Below, in pieces: positions 47,158 through 56,815 of a DNA stretch of 64,000 nucleotides. Both the position numbers and the translations under genes were made by a program. This DNA comes from an uncultured bacterium (lineage in GTDB: Bacteria > Patescibacteriota > Patescibacteriia > Magasanikbacterales > GWA2-37-8), in the NCBI GenBank assembly GCA_937903605.1, contig CALCZC010000025.1:67275-131274 (forward strand), read 5' to 3'. The notes under the pieces are model-generated. The model was not told the DNA's origin, did not search any database, and saw only the letters and a list, made by a program, of their open reading frames with translations. Numbering within the stretch: position 1 is the first letter of the stretch; each line of letters begins with the position of its first letter.

Positions 47158-47325
47158 TAAAAAAGCAAAAAAGCACTCTTGACAAAAAGGTCAAAATGTG
47201 CTATAATATTGCCAAATAAGTTTGGGTTACGTACGTTTTTGTGACAAACAAGTAGTCGTTCCCAAAACAGGTCGTTTAATTAAAAAATCCAAATAACATT
47301 TTGGGAAATAGTCACAAAAATTACT

Positions 47326-47640
47326 ATGATGGACAGACAAATGTACTCTGTAGACGCTACTTGCGCAAAATGTGGCGCTCATATTTCTGAGCTTCCTTTT
47401 CAACCAAGTGGTGATCGACCAGTTTACTGTTCTGACTGCAATCGTGAATTCCGCAACCGCAACCGTGATGACAGAGGCGGACGTGGATTCAACAATCGTG
47501 ATCGCGGTCCAAAACAAATGTTTGACGTAAACATTGACTGCGCCGGCTGTGGTACGAAAATTACCAAATTGCCGTTCATGCCAAAAGATGGCGGAAAGCC
47601 AATCTTGTGCATCGATTGTTTGAAAAAACAAAGAGCATAA
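47326..47640 (+). CDS. Tandem CxxC-x17-CxxC zinc-ribbon protein with RG-rich linker
   Basis: Two CxxC..LPF.P...RPVYCxxC-type units; promoter TTGACA-17-TATAAT at 47179-47207; terminator at about 47644-47674. Confidence 0.88.
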   Translation: MMDRQMYSVDATCAKCGAHISELPFQPSGDRPVYCSDCNREFRNRNRDDRGGRGFNNRDRGPKQMFDVNIDCAGCGTKITKLPFMPKDGGKPILCIDCLKKQRA

Positions 47641-47842
47641 AATTAAAAAACTCGCTGATAAGGCGAGTTTTTTAATTAAAACTCAAAACGCAAATCTCAA
47701 AACTCAAAACCACAACTTAAAACCTTAAAACTACTAATAAATCGTCCCGACTTGTCGGGACACCAAAGTTTTGACTTTTGACATTTGAATTTTGACTTAT
47801 AACATTGAAAATATCCCAAATCTTTGATATTATTAAGTGAGT

Positions 47843-48976
47843 ATGAGAAATAAAAAAATGCCTAAAGTGTTAGTCTGTCTCTCCGGTGGCGTAGATTCTT
47901 CTGTAGCCGCCGCTCTTTTGGTTAAGGCCGGATATGATGTTACCGGCGCATTTATGGTGAATTATGATGATAAGGATGCTCTGACAAGTTGCTGGCGAGG
48001 GGATTACCAGGATGCTCTGCGAGTCGCTGCTAAACTTCATATTCCGCTTTTACGTTTGAATTTTGTTCGGGAATACAAAAAAGCGGTTTTGGACTACATG
48101 TACTCTGAGTACAAAAAAGGCCGGACACCAAATCCGGATGTTTTGTGCAATAAATTTGTGAAATTTGGGTTTTGGTTGAAAAAAGCGAAAAGTTTGGGTT
48201 TTGATTACCTTGCGACCGGTCATTACGCCCGACTTTCCAGTTTGTCATCCCGCGGGCCAAAGGCCTCCCTTTGGGAAAGGCGGGAATCCAGTATCAAATT
48301 GGTTAGCGCTGTTGACGATAATAAAGACCAAACATATTTCCTTCATCAATTGAACCAATCTCAATTAAAGCATATCATGTTCCCCATAGGCGAATATACC
48401 AAAGACCAAGTTCGTAAATTGGCGGATAAATTTGATTTACCAACTGCCAAAAAAGAAGAAAGCATGGGTATTTGTTTTATCGGGGAAGTACCGATGAAAG
48501 AATTTTTACAAAAAAAGATTAAATCAAAAAAAGGAAAAGTGATTTTAAATAATAGTAAAGAAGTTTTGGGCGAACATGACGGTGTCCCTTTTTATACTAT
48601 CGGACAAAGATTGGGTTTGAATAATAAACCTTATTTTGTTGTTAAAAAAGACGCAAAGAAAAATATTTTGTTTGTCGGAACTGAAAATGATCCGGAACTT
48701 TTGAAGAAAGAAATTGAAGTTGAAAATGTAAATTGGATAAGTGGACAAAAGCCGAAATTGCCGTTAAAATGTGAAGTAAGACTGCGACATAGACAGACAC
48801 TACAAAAGTGTAGTGTCGAGTTCATAAAGTCTATAAAGTCCGTAAAGTCCATAAAGACGAAAGCGAATAATAATGTAATTATTAAGTTTCAAACCCCGCA
48901 ACGGGCCGTCACCCCCGGACAGTTTGCAGTTTTATACAATAAAGGTGTTTGTTTGGGTGGAGGAGTGGTAAAATAA
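47843..48976 (+). CDS. mnmA: tRNA 2-thiouridylase MnmA with two repeat-derived insertions
   Basis: SGGVDSS, TPNPDVLCN, ATGHYAR, KDQTYFL, GICFIG and TPGQ motifs. Confidence 0.97.
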   Translation: MRNKKMPKVLVCLSGGVDSSVAAALLVKAGYDVTGAFMVNYDDKDALTSCWRGDYQDALRVAAKLHIPLLRLNFVREYKKAVLDYMYSEYKKGRTPNPDVLCNKFVKFGFWLKKAKSLGFDYLATGHYARLSSLSSRGPKASLWERRESSIKLVSAVDDNKDQTYFLHQLNQSQLKHIMFPIGEYTKDQVRKLADKFDLPTAKKEESMGICFIGEVPMKEFLQKKIKSKKGKVILNNSKEVLGEHDGVPFYTIGQRLGLNNKPYFVVKKDAKKNILFVGTENDPELLKKEIEVENVNWISGQKPKLPLKCEVRLRHRQTLQKCSVEFIKSIKSVKSIKTKANNNVIIKFQTPQRAVTPGQFAVLYNKGVCLGGGVVK

Positions 48977-49005
48977 AATATTTAATTTTTTTAATAAAAA
49001 TTTGT

Positions 49006-49239
49006 ATGATAACAACCATCGGAATATTAGGCGCATTTTTTATGTTATTGGCTTTTGTAATGAATCAAACCGGAAAGTGGAAAACCAATGATTTGATTTA
49101 TGATGTTGTGAATTTCATCGCAGCCGTACTTTTGGTTGTTTACGGTATATTGATCAAAGGTTATCCTTTTGTAATTTTAAACACGGTTTGGGCGTTGGTG
49201 TCGCTTAAAGATGTTTTTATAGATTTAAAAAAGAAATAA
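49006..49239 (+). CDS. Small 3-TM protein (CBU_0592-like)
   Basis: IGILGA..L.AF, Y..VN and PFVILN.VW motifs. Confidence 0.75.
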   Translation: MITTIGILGAFFMLLAFVMNQTGKWKTNDLIYDVVNFIAAVLLVVYGILIKGYPFVILNTVWALVSLKDVFIDLKKK

Positions 49240-49241
49240 GT

Positions 49242-49400
49242 ATGCCTTCCGAAACTGATAAACAAAAAATAAAAAAGATTATCCAAAAATTTGATGCAGA
49301 GATTGTTTTGCTCAAGAAAAAACAAAAGGAAGTTATTAAAAAGAATGTAAAGATTGTTGAAAAAAGAAAAATAGATCAAATAAGAAAGAAAATTTTTTAG
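49242..49400 (+). CDS. 52-aa Lys-rich helical protein
   Basis: MPSETDKQKIKK...KIDQIRKKIF fills the gap between its neighbours exactly; below the track cutoff. Confidence 0.6.
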   Translation: MPSETDKQKIKKIIQKFDAEIVLLKKKQKEVIKKNVKIVEKRKIDQIRKKIF

Positions 49401-49401
49401 T

Positions 49402-52400
49402 ATGGAGAATAAAATGATTGACAATGAAAAAAATAACGATTTTTTTTCCGATCTGAAAAAAAACCCAGATCGTGCTATTGAATTTGAAAAAATAGATGAA
49501 TTTACTGAAAATAATTTTGAAAAAGAAACAGAAAGTTATATTACCAACCAAACTAGAAATACTATTGTATCTGGTGAAAAAAATTTAATAATAGCCATGC
49601 AATCTGTTGAAGCTTCAGAACAAGAGTTACAAATGGCAAAGAAAGAATTAAATGAAATTAACCAAGAAATTAAAAAAGTTGGTCAAGATGGTCTTGATAA
49701 AGTTCATGAAAAAAAAGAAAGCGAAAAAGATAAAAAGTACGAGGATTTTTCCGAACAAATGACCCATCTATCACAACAAGGAAAAGAAATAAACTATGCG
49801 TTAAAAGAAAAAGATGAAAATTATAGAGAATTTATTGAAACAATGCAAGTTATTGCGGATATGGGAAATGTTTCTGAAGATGATGATGTGACAGCTATTA
49901 AATATATTGAAGCAAAAGGAATTAAAAAATATTTATCGGAAAAACAAATTAAAGAAGGTGTAAAAAAAGGCATTATTTCTTGCCTTTTGGAACAAAAGTC
50001 AATACCAGATTTGACAGTCTTTAAAGGCGTCGCTTCAAAAGAAGATCTTTTGGCAGATTCGGAAATTATTGAATCATTTAAAAAATCGATTAAAGAACTT
50101 ATAGAGAGGGGGGCTATTTCTATAATTAAAGGTTATATTTTACAGGCCGGATTACCGGAAGATGAAGTTAGAAAACCAGAATATGCTGAATCAATTAAAA
50201 TAGGAATACAAAAAAATTTGGAACAAGGAGATATCTATAAAGCTGAGGGAGATCTCTTAATGTTGGGTTTTACAGAAGAAGAGATAAAAGAAGAATTAAA
50301 AAAAGCAGAGTATAATCCTTTTGTTAAAAAGGGAATAGTTGAGATGCTTAAAAATGAGGATAGTATTAAAAAACTTCTCGATTCCACATCGCTTCCTTTA
50401 GAAGAATTAGATACTCCGGATATAATACATGGTTTTGTAATTAATCTCGCTAAAAACTTTAAAGAAGGAAATTACTATAGAATGGAAGAAACGCTTCATT
50501 ATGTGCCAGAAAAAAGAAAAGAAGAAGTTATTAAAGAAAGTATAATGGAATATTTCTTGATTGCTAATTTTAAAGATCCTAGTTGGGATTTAAGAAGAAT
50601 GATTGAATGGTTTAAATTGCCTACTGAAAATTTTGATTTAATCAAATTTGTTAAAACAGAAACTGATGATAAAAAAATTCAAGCAAAAATATTTTCTTTT
50701 TATGCAGATGAAAAACAATGGAAAGAGGAATTTGGCGAGGAAGAAATAAATAGTTTTTTGGATGTTTTGCCTAAAAAATCCGAAGAAAAACGCAATGCCT
50801 TTACGCATAATAAATATGATAGAACCAGTAAATTTTTGCAATTCTTATCCAAAGATAGTCTGTTTGTTTTAGATAAAGAAAATCTGGGTATAGCAAAGGA
50901 ATATATAAATAAATTTGGTTTAGCGAAATCAAAAATATTATATGAATATTTTAACAATATTAAATTACTTGAAAAAGGTTTATTAAAAGAATTACCGGAA
51001 GAACAAAAAAATGATGGTATTGTTTCTATGGAAATATTGGAAACAAAATATAATAATTTAAAAAATACTGTGTTTGGAGATAAGCCGATGATGGCGGAAA
51101 ATCTGGAAAATTTGTCAGAATTTGAAATTAGTCTTTTGAACAGTGTTACGGGGAAAAGTACTCATCGTTTTGATGGTGATCGTCCGAACATTCAAGAAAT
51201 TATAGAAAACTTTAAAAAATATTCTAAAAATGAAGGACACGAGGCGAAGGAATATGTGCCGGTTCCAAAGGAATATACATCGGCAGAAGTCGAGGTTAGC
51301 AATGTGGATATATCTTTTGATATCGAAAGAGTAAAAGAAGATTTTGATGTTTTGAAACAGGAAATTTTTCAAAGTTTTGATACGGAAGTTTCTGATAAAG
51401 ATAAAATAAATAAAATAAAAGAATCAGTATTGGATAAAATTAAGATCAAAATTCAGGAGCTGAAAAAAAATATTGAATCAAAATCTAACAAATTTTTGCA
51501 GGTACAATTGGAAAATTATCAAAATTTAGAAAAAAATATCACAGCGGTTGATGATTATGATAGTTTGATGGGAAATTTATTAGAAATCGAAAGAGGTACT
51601 GCGGAAAAACTGGGTTTATATGGTGAAATGAGGCAAATAATATTTCGTAAGATTTTAGAAAAAAATTACGGATCAAATCAAGCTGTAGAAAATATTCATA
51701 GTAATTTGGAAGGAAAAATAACCAGTCAATCAATTTTATCTATCGTTGATTTGATTGATAACTTTGCCAAGGAACATGTCTTGAATTTACAGGGTGCAAA
51801 TAGTGAAAAATATTGGTCAAACGAAACTTGGAAAAAAATTAAAGATGCGAAAGATAAAAGTAAAATGGTAAACTTATTAAAAATTTTTAGTCCACATCTG
51901 GATAGTCTTAAAAATGAAATAGCTAATTTTGAAGTAAAAGACAAAGGAGAACAATTTAAAATAAAATGTATTCCGGATAGAGGATTGGTCGGGGAAATGT
52001 CTGGTTATTTGGCGGATGTCTGTTATACAAAAGAAACAAAAATGTTGGAAAGATATCCCAATGTTATTCCGTTTAAGTTTGTGGTGGATGATGGAGTGGG
52101 AAATAAAAATTTTATTGGGTCTGTTTTATTGTTTGAACTTACGGATAATCAAGGAGAAAAAGTTGCTTTATTGCGTGGTTTTGACGTGCCTGATGAAAAT
52201 GATATAAATATTTCGAAGTTTATAGAAAAATTTATTGATCAAGTACAAATAATGACAAAAAATAGAAATATTAAAAAAGTTATTATTCCTGGGCTTAGTG
52301 GTGCTATTTCAAATTATAGAAGGACCGTAAATCATATGGCTTATAACTATGCCAAACCAAATAATCATGTAGCTTTGAGCGAAAAGTTTGATTTTAATGG

Positions 52401-52449
52401 AAATGAATATGATATTACAAACAATTGTTATATAGTAAGAAAAAATTAA
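49402..52449 (+). CDS. Large hypothetical protein (1015 aa, helical, acidic)
   Basis: Long uninterrupted ORF; no recognised family. Confidence 0.8.
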   Translation: MENKMIDNEKNNDFFSDLKKNPDRAIEFEKIDEFTENNFEKETESYITNQTRNTIVSGEKNLIIAMQSVEASEQELQMAKKELNEINQEIKKVGQDGLDKVHEKKESEKDKKYEDFSEQMTHLSQQGKEINYALKEKDENYREFIETMQVIADMGNVSEDDDVTAIKYIEAKGIKKYLSEKQIKEGVKKGIISCLLEQKSIPDLTVFKGVASKEDLLADSEIIESFKKSIKELIERGAISIIKGYILQAGLPEDEVRKPEYAESIKIGIQKNLEQGDIYKAEGDLLMLGFTEEEIKEELKKAEYNPFVKKGIVEMLKNEDSIKKLLDSTSLPLEELDTPDIIHGFVINLAKNFKEGNYYRMEETLHYVPEKRKEEVIKESIMEYFLIANFKDPSWDLRRMIEWFKLPTENFDLIKFVKTETDDKKIQAKIFSFYADEKQWKEEFGEEEINSFLDVLPKKSEEKRNAFTHNKYDRTSKFLQFLSKDSLFVLDKENLGIAKEYINKFGLAKSKILYEYFNNIKLLEKGLLKELPEEQKNDGIVSMEILETKYNNLKNTVFGDKPMMAENLENLSEFEISLLNSVTGKSTHRFDGDRPNIQEIIENFKKYSKNEGHEAKEYVPVPKEYTSAEVEVSNVDISFDIERVKEDFDVLKQEIFQSFDTEVSDKDKINKIKESVLDKIKIKIQELKKNIESKSNKFLQVQLENYQNLEKNITAVDDYDSLMGNLLEIERGTAEKLGLYGEMRQIIFRKILEKNYGSNQAVENIHSNLEGKITSQSILSIVDLIDNFAKEHVLNLQGANSEKYWSNETWKKIKDAKDKSKMVNLLKIFSPHLDSLKNEIANFEVKDKGEQFKIKCIPDRGLVGEMSGYLADVCYTKETKMLERYPNVIPFKFVVDDGVGNKNFIGSVLLFELTDNQGEKVALLRGFDVPDENDINISKFIEKFIDQVQIMTKNRNIKKVIIPGLSGAISNYRRTVNHMAYNYAKPNNHVALSEKFDFNGNEYDITNNCYIVRKN

Positions 52450-52476
52450 AATAAAAAAATTAAACTTATTGTTTTT

Positions 52477-54300
52477 ATGTTAACATCCACAGAACTTCGT
52501 CAAAAATATTTAGATTTTTTCAAAAGCAAGAACCATGCGATTATTGGTTCGGCTTCGGTAATTCCGGAAAATGATCCCACTGTGTTGTTTACCACCGCCG
52601 GGATGCATCCGCTCGTGCCGTATTTGTTGGGACAAAAACATCCGAGTGGTACCCGTTTGGCTGATGTGCAAAAATGTATTCGTACCGGAGATATTGATGA
52701 GGTTGGCGATATGAGCCATTTCACTTTTTTTGAAATGCTTGGCAATTGGTCGCTCGGGGATTATTTCAAAGAAGATTCTATCAAATGGAGCTTTGAATTC
52801 TTGACTGACAAAAAATGGCTTGGTTTGGATATAAAAAAATTGGCCGTGTCTGTTTTTGAAGGCGACGCTGACGCACCGCGTGATGAATTTTCCGCTGATG
52901 TTTGGAAAAAAGCCGGGATGCCAGAAAATAGAATTGCTTATTTACCAAAAAAAAATAATTGGTGGGGACCAGCTGGTCAAACAGGTCCTTGCGGTCCGGA
53001 TACGGAAATATTTTATTGGCGCGGTACTAGTGAATTTCCACCTGTTGATAGTAATCCGAAAAACGATGAAGAAAATTGGTTGGAAATCTGGAATAATGTT
53101 TTCATGGAATATTTTAAAAATGAAAAGGGTGAGTTTGAACCGCTCAAACAAAAAAATGTAGATACGGGCATGGGAATGGAGCGTACGATAGCCGTGATTA
53201 ACGGTTTAACTGATACTTACCAGATAGACACAATGTGGCCACTCATTCAAAAAATTGAAGAAATTTCCGGTCGTGAATATGTGGAAAATAAAGATGTTAC
53301 CAAAGCTATGCGCGTGATTGCCGATCATTTGCGTACATCCACGATGATAATGGGAGATGATCGAGGTATTGGCCCGAGCAATGTAGATCAGGGTTATATC
53401 GTTCGTCGTCTCATTCGTCGCGCGGTGCGTTACGGAAAAATTATCGGTTTGAAAGAAAATTTTTGTTCAATAATTTCAGAAAAAGTTATTGAAATTTTTG
53501 GCGATATTTATCCGGAAGTAAAAAAGAATAAAGAATTTATTTTGACGGAAATGGCTCGCGAAGAAAGTAAATTTCGAAATACTATTGAACAGGGGATAAA
53601 AGAATTTGAAAAGTTGGTTGACGGTTTTCGCCTTGCTTTTGAAAAGACCGGCAAGTTGATCAATACGATTTCCGGCAAGCAGGCCTTCAAACTTTATGAT
53701 ACTTACGGTTTTCCGCTCGAGATGACCATGGAATTGGCGGTGGAACACGGATTGAGTGTGGATGTGGATGATTTTAATGTGGCTTTCAAACGTCACCAAG
53801 AATTATCTCGCGCCGGTGCTGAACAAAAATTCAAAGGGGGGTTGGCCGATACCTCGGAAATTTCTACCAAATATCACACTGCCACGCACCTGATGCACAG
53901 CGCTTTACGCAAAGTGCTGGGTAGTCATGTAGAACAACGCGGTAGTAATATCACGGCGGATCGCATGCGTTTTGATTTTTCTCATCCGGAAAAAATGACT
54001 GACGAACAAAAACAACAAGTGGAAGATATGGTAAATGAGGCTATAGCCAAAAATTATTCCGTAACTTTCGAAGAAATGACAGTAGATCAGGCCAAAAAAC
54101 AAAATGCTATCGGATTGTTTGAAGATAAGTACGGTGAATCAGTCAAGGTTTACACTGTAGGAAATGATCAAGAAATTTATAGTAGAGAAATTTGCGGAGG
54201 TCCGCATGTGGAAAACACTGGAGTTTTGGGAAAATTCAAAATTACCAAAGAGGAAGCAGTTAGTTCCGGTGTCAGACGTATCAAAGCCGTGTTAGAATAA
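52477..54300 (+). CDS. alaS: Alanine--tRNA ligase, short form lacking the C-Ala domain
   Basis: DPTVLFTTAGM, FFEMLGNWS, DTGMGMER, HTATHL and CGGPHV; ends at GVRRIKA. Confidence 0.97.
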   Translation: MLTSTELRQKYLDFFKSKNHAIIGSASVIPENDPTVLFTTAGMHPLVPYLLGQKHPSGTRLADVQKCIRTGDIDEVGDMSHFTFFEMLGNWSLGDYFKEDSIKWSFEFLTDKKWLGLDIKKLAVSVFEGDADAPRDEFSADVWKKAGMPENRIAYLPKKNNWWGPAGQTGPCGPDTEIFYWRGTSEFPPVDSNPKNDEENWLEIWNNVFMEYFKNEKGEFEPLKQKNVDTGMGMERTIAVINGLTDTYQIDTMWPLIQKIEEISGREYVENKDVTKAMRVIADHLRTSTMIMGDDRGIGPSNVDQGYIVRRLIRRAVRYGKIIGLKENFCSIISEKVIEIFGDIYPEVKKNKEFILTEMAREESKFRNTIEQGIKEFEKLVDGFRLAFEKTGKLINTISGKQAFKLYDTYGFPLEMTMELAVEHGLSVDVDDFNVAFKRHQELSRAGAEQKFKGGLADTSEISTKYHTATHLMHSALRKVLGSHVEQRGSNITADRMRFDFSHPEKMTDEQKQQVEDMVNEAIAKNYSVTFEEMTVDQAKKQNAIGLFEDKYGESVKVYTVGNDQEIYSREICGGPHVENTGVLGKFKITKEEAVSSGVRRIKAVLE

Positions 54301-54302
54301 TT

Positions 54303-54728
54303 ATGTTTTCTAAAATTGTCGGATACTTCAAAGAACATTCATTTGAATTTAATAGGTATTTTGTTATAGGAATCTCTGGAACGGTTCTGGACATAGTTTC
54401 ACTTTGGATATTGAAACAGTTTTTTAATCTGGTTCCAGTGTTGGCAGTTGTGGTGAACCAGATTTTTATTTTGCTATATTTGTTTTGGTTAAATAAAAAA
54501 ATCAGTTTTCGCGCACAGGGGATAGCCCGACAACAATTAGTAAGATTTGTTTTAGTGTTTGGGGGTAATTATATCCTCGCTATAGGCTGGATGTGGGCGT
54601 TCAATCATTTATTGAATTTTAATTATTTATTGGTTCGTTTGGTTAATATTGCTCTTTCTGTATCTTGGAATTTCTTTCTATATAAAGAATGGGTGTACAA
54701 AACAGCTAATAAGCAAATAAGCTTGTAA
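54303..54728 (+). CDS. GtrA-family membrane protein
   Basis: RYFVIG, four TM helices, WNFFLYKEWVY. Confidence 0.85.
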   Translation: MFSKIVGYFKEHSFEFNRYFVIGISGTVLDIVSLWILKQFFNLVPVLAVVVNQIFILLYLFWLNKKISFRAQGIARQQLVRFVLVFGGNYILAIGWMWAFNHLLNFNYLLVRLVNIALSVSWNFFLYKEWVYKTANKQISL

Positions 54729-54855
54729 GCAGTAAAGTAGTAAATAATTTTTGGCTAAAATAAGCGAAATTATCCATTAAAAAGCCGGTTTTTGGCTAAG
54801 ACTTGACTAAAATTAAAAAATAGTTTAATATATTTACATAAATAATCCTTTCAAA

Positions 54856-55071
54856 ATGGCAAACAAAGACGCTATTGAAATCAAAGGGACAATCGAAGAG
54901 CTTTTACCAGCCGGTACTTTCAGAGTAAAACTTGAAAGCGGCCAGGTGGTTTTGGCTCATTTGTCCGGTAAAATGCGCCTGAATAAAATTCGTTTGGGAC
55001 TCGGCGATCAAGTAAAGATCGAGATGACCCCTTACGATTTGACTAAAGGTAGAATTATTTATCGGTTTTAA
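54856..55071 (+). CDS. infA: Translation initiation factor IF-1
   Basis: LAHLSGKMR and PYDLTKGRI motifs. Confidence 0.98.
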   Translation: MANKDAIEIKGTIEELLPAGTFRVKLESGQVVLAHLSGKMRLNKIRLGLGDQVKIEMTPYDLTKGRIIYRF

Positions 55072-55182
55072 AAAATATTATTAAAAAAGAAATATCAACC
55101 ACTGCGGTGTAGCTTGACACATAAGTTGAGCGTCGATATCGCGGCAGTGGTTGATGTTTTTGTGTAATTTAAAATTAGTTTT

Positions 55183-55296
55183 ATGAAAGTACGTCCATCG
55201 GCAAAAAAAATTTGCCAAAAATGTAAAGTCGTCAGACGTAAGGGAAGGGTTTGTGTGATTTGTTCAAATCCCAAACACAAACAACGTCAAGGTTAA
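55183..55296 (+). CDS. rpmJ: 50S ribosomal protein L36
   Basis: [37 protein letters not shown], read manually (not in the ORF track). Confidence 0.97.
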   Translation: MKVRPSAKKICQKCKVVRRKGRVCVICSNPKHKQRQG

Positions 55297-55323
55297 TTTA
55301 ATTTATTAAAGTAAGTTTAACTT

Positions 55324-55710
55324 ATGCGTATAGCAGGTACCAATATACCCAAAGAAAAGAAAATACTTTTTTCTTTGCAATATGTTTACGGAGTTGGTCC
55401 GACTTTGGCGGAAAGAATTTTAAAACAAGCCAAAGTTGACGGTGATTTACGCACCAAAGATTTGACTCCCGAACAAGAAGACAAAATCCGAGCGATTGTC
55501 GAAAAAAGTTATGTTACCGAAGGAGATTTACGTCGTGAAATCGGCGCCAACATTAAACGTCTCAAAGACGTTAAATGTTATCGTGGTATTCGTCATATGA
55601 AACATTTACCTTGTCGCGGTCAAAGAACCAAGACAAATTCCAGAACAGTTCGAGGCAATACCAGAAAAACCATGGGTAGCGGTCGCAAACCCTCTGGTAT
55701 CAAGACTTAA
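55324..55710 (+). CDS. rpsM: 30S ribosomal protein S13
   Basis: RIAG, EGDLRR, YRGIRH and RGQRTKTN motifs. Confidence 0.98.
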   Translation: MRIAGTNIPKEKKILFSLQYVYGVGPTLAERILKQAKVDGDLRTKDLTPEQEDKIRAIVEKSYVTEGDLRREIGANIKRLKDVKCYRGIRHMKHLPCRGQRTKTNSRTVRGNTRKTMGSGRKPSGIKT

Positions 55711-55739
55711 TTTTTTAATTTGGTAAGATTTTGTAATAT

Positions 55740-56141
55740 ATGGCAACAGAACAAGCAAAAAAAGTAAAAGCTAAAAAGAAAAAAGTGGTTAAACAAGTAC
55801 CACGTGCCGTGGCGCACATTTTGGCTTCTTACAACAATACCATCATTACCGTCACCGATCCCAATGGCAATGCGTTGGGTTGGGCTTCTGCCGGTATGGC
55901 TGGTTTCAAAGGTCCTAAAAAAGCCACTCCTTATGCTGCTTCCGTGGTAGTAAAAAATTTAGCGGAGAAAATTGTTGATTATGGTGTAAAAGAAGTGAGT
56001 GTTTTTGTGAAAGGTATCGGTCAAGGTCGTGAAGGCGCCATTCGCGCTTTTCATACCAACGGCATCAATGTGATTTCTATCAATGATGTCACCCCGATCC
56101 CGCACAATGGTTGTCGTCCGCCGAAGCCTCGTCGCGTTTAA
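55740..56141 (+). CDS. rpsK: 30S ribosomal protein S11
   Basis: NNTII, TPYAA and DVTPIPHNGCRPPK motifs. Confidence 0.98.
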   Translation: MATEQAKKVKAKKKKVVKQVPRAVAHILASYNNTIITVTDPNGNALGWASAGMAGFKGPKKATPYAASVVVKNLAEKIVDYGVKEVSVFVKGIGQGREGAIRAFHTNGINVISINDVTPIPHNGCRPPKPRRV

Positions 56142-56167
56142 TACTTCTGAAATCTTAATTTATAGAT

Positions 56168-56794
56168 ATGTCTAAAAAAATTAATACCAATTGCGCACAA
56201 TGTCGTCGCGCCGGAGTAAAATTGATGCTTAAGGGAGAAAAATGTTTGGGACCAAAATGTCCTTTCGCCAAACGTAGTTATGCTCCGGGACAACATGGTC
56301 CTAATTCTCGTCGTGGAAAACTTTCCGGATATGGTGCTCAATTGAAAGAAAAACAAAAAGCCAAAAGAACTTATGGTCTGATAGAAAGACAATTTGCCAA
56401 CTATGTGAATAAAGCCGAATCTAAATTGGGAGATACGTCCAAAATTTTGTTGGCAATGTTGGAACAACGTCTTGATAACGTAGTTTATCGCATGGGTTTG
56501 GGAAAATCTCGTTTGGCCGCTCGTCAAATAGTTTCCCATGGTTTAGTAACCGTCAATGGTAAAAAAGTTGACGTTCCTTCATATAATGTAAAAATCGGCG
56601 ATGTTGTTGCTTTGGGTTCTAAGGGAAAAAATAAAAAAGGATTTGAAAATATCGGAGAAAAATTATCAAAAGTTGAAACTCCAGCTTGGTTGGGCTTGGA
56701 TGTCAAAAACATCTCTGCTAAAGTTTTGAACGTACCTCAAGTAGAAGATCCTGGTTTCAGTGTCAAAGCTATCATTGAGTATTATTCACGTTAA
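56168..56794 (+). CDS. rpsD: 30S ribosomal protein S4 (zinc-ribbon type)
   Basis: CAQCRR..KC...KC, PGQHG, EKQK and RLDNVVYR motifs. Confidence 0.98.
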   Translation: MSKKINTNCAQCRRAGVKLMLKGEKCLGPKCPFAKRSYAPGQHGPNSRRGKLSGYGAQLKEKQKAKRTYGLIERQFANYVNKAESKLGDTSKILLAMLEQRLDNVVYRMGLGKSRLAARQIVSHGLVTVNGKKVDVPSYNVKIGDVVALGSKGKNKKGFENIGEKLSKVETPAWLGLDVKNISAKVLNVPQVEDPGFSVKAIIEYYSR

Positions 56795-56815
56795 AAATTT
56801 TTAATTTTAAACCAT

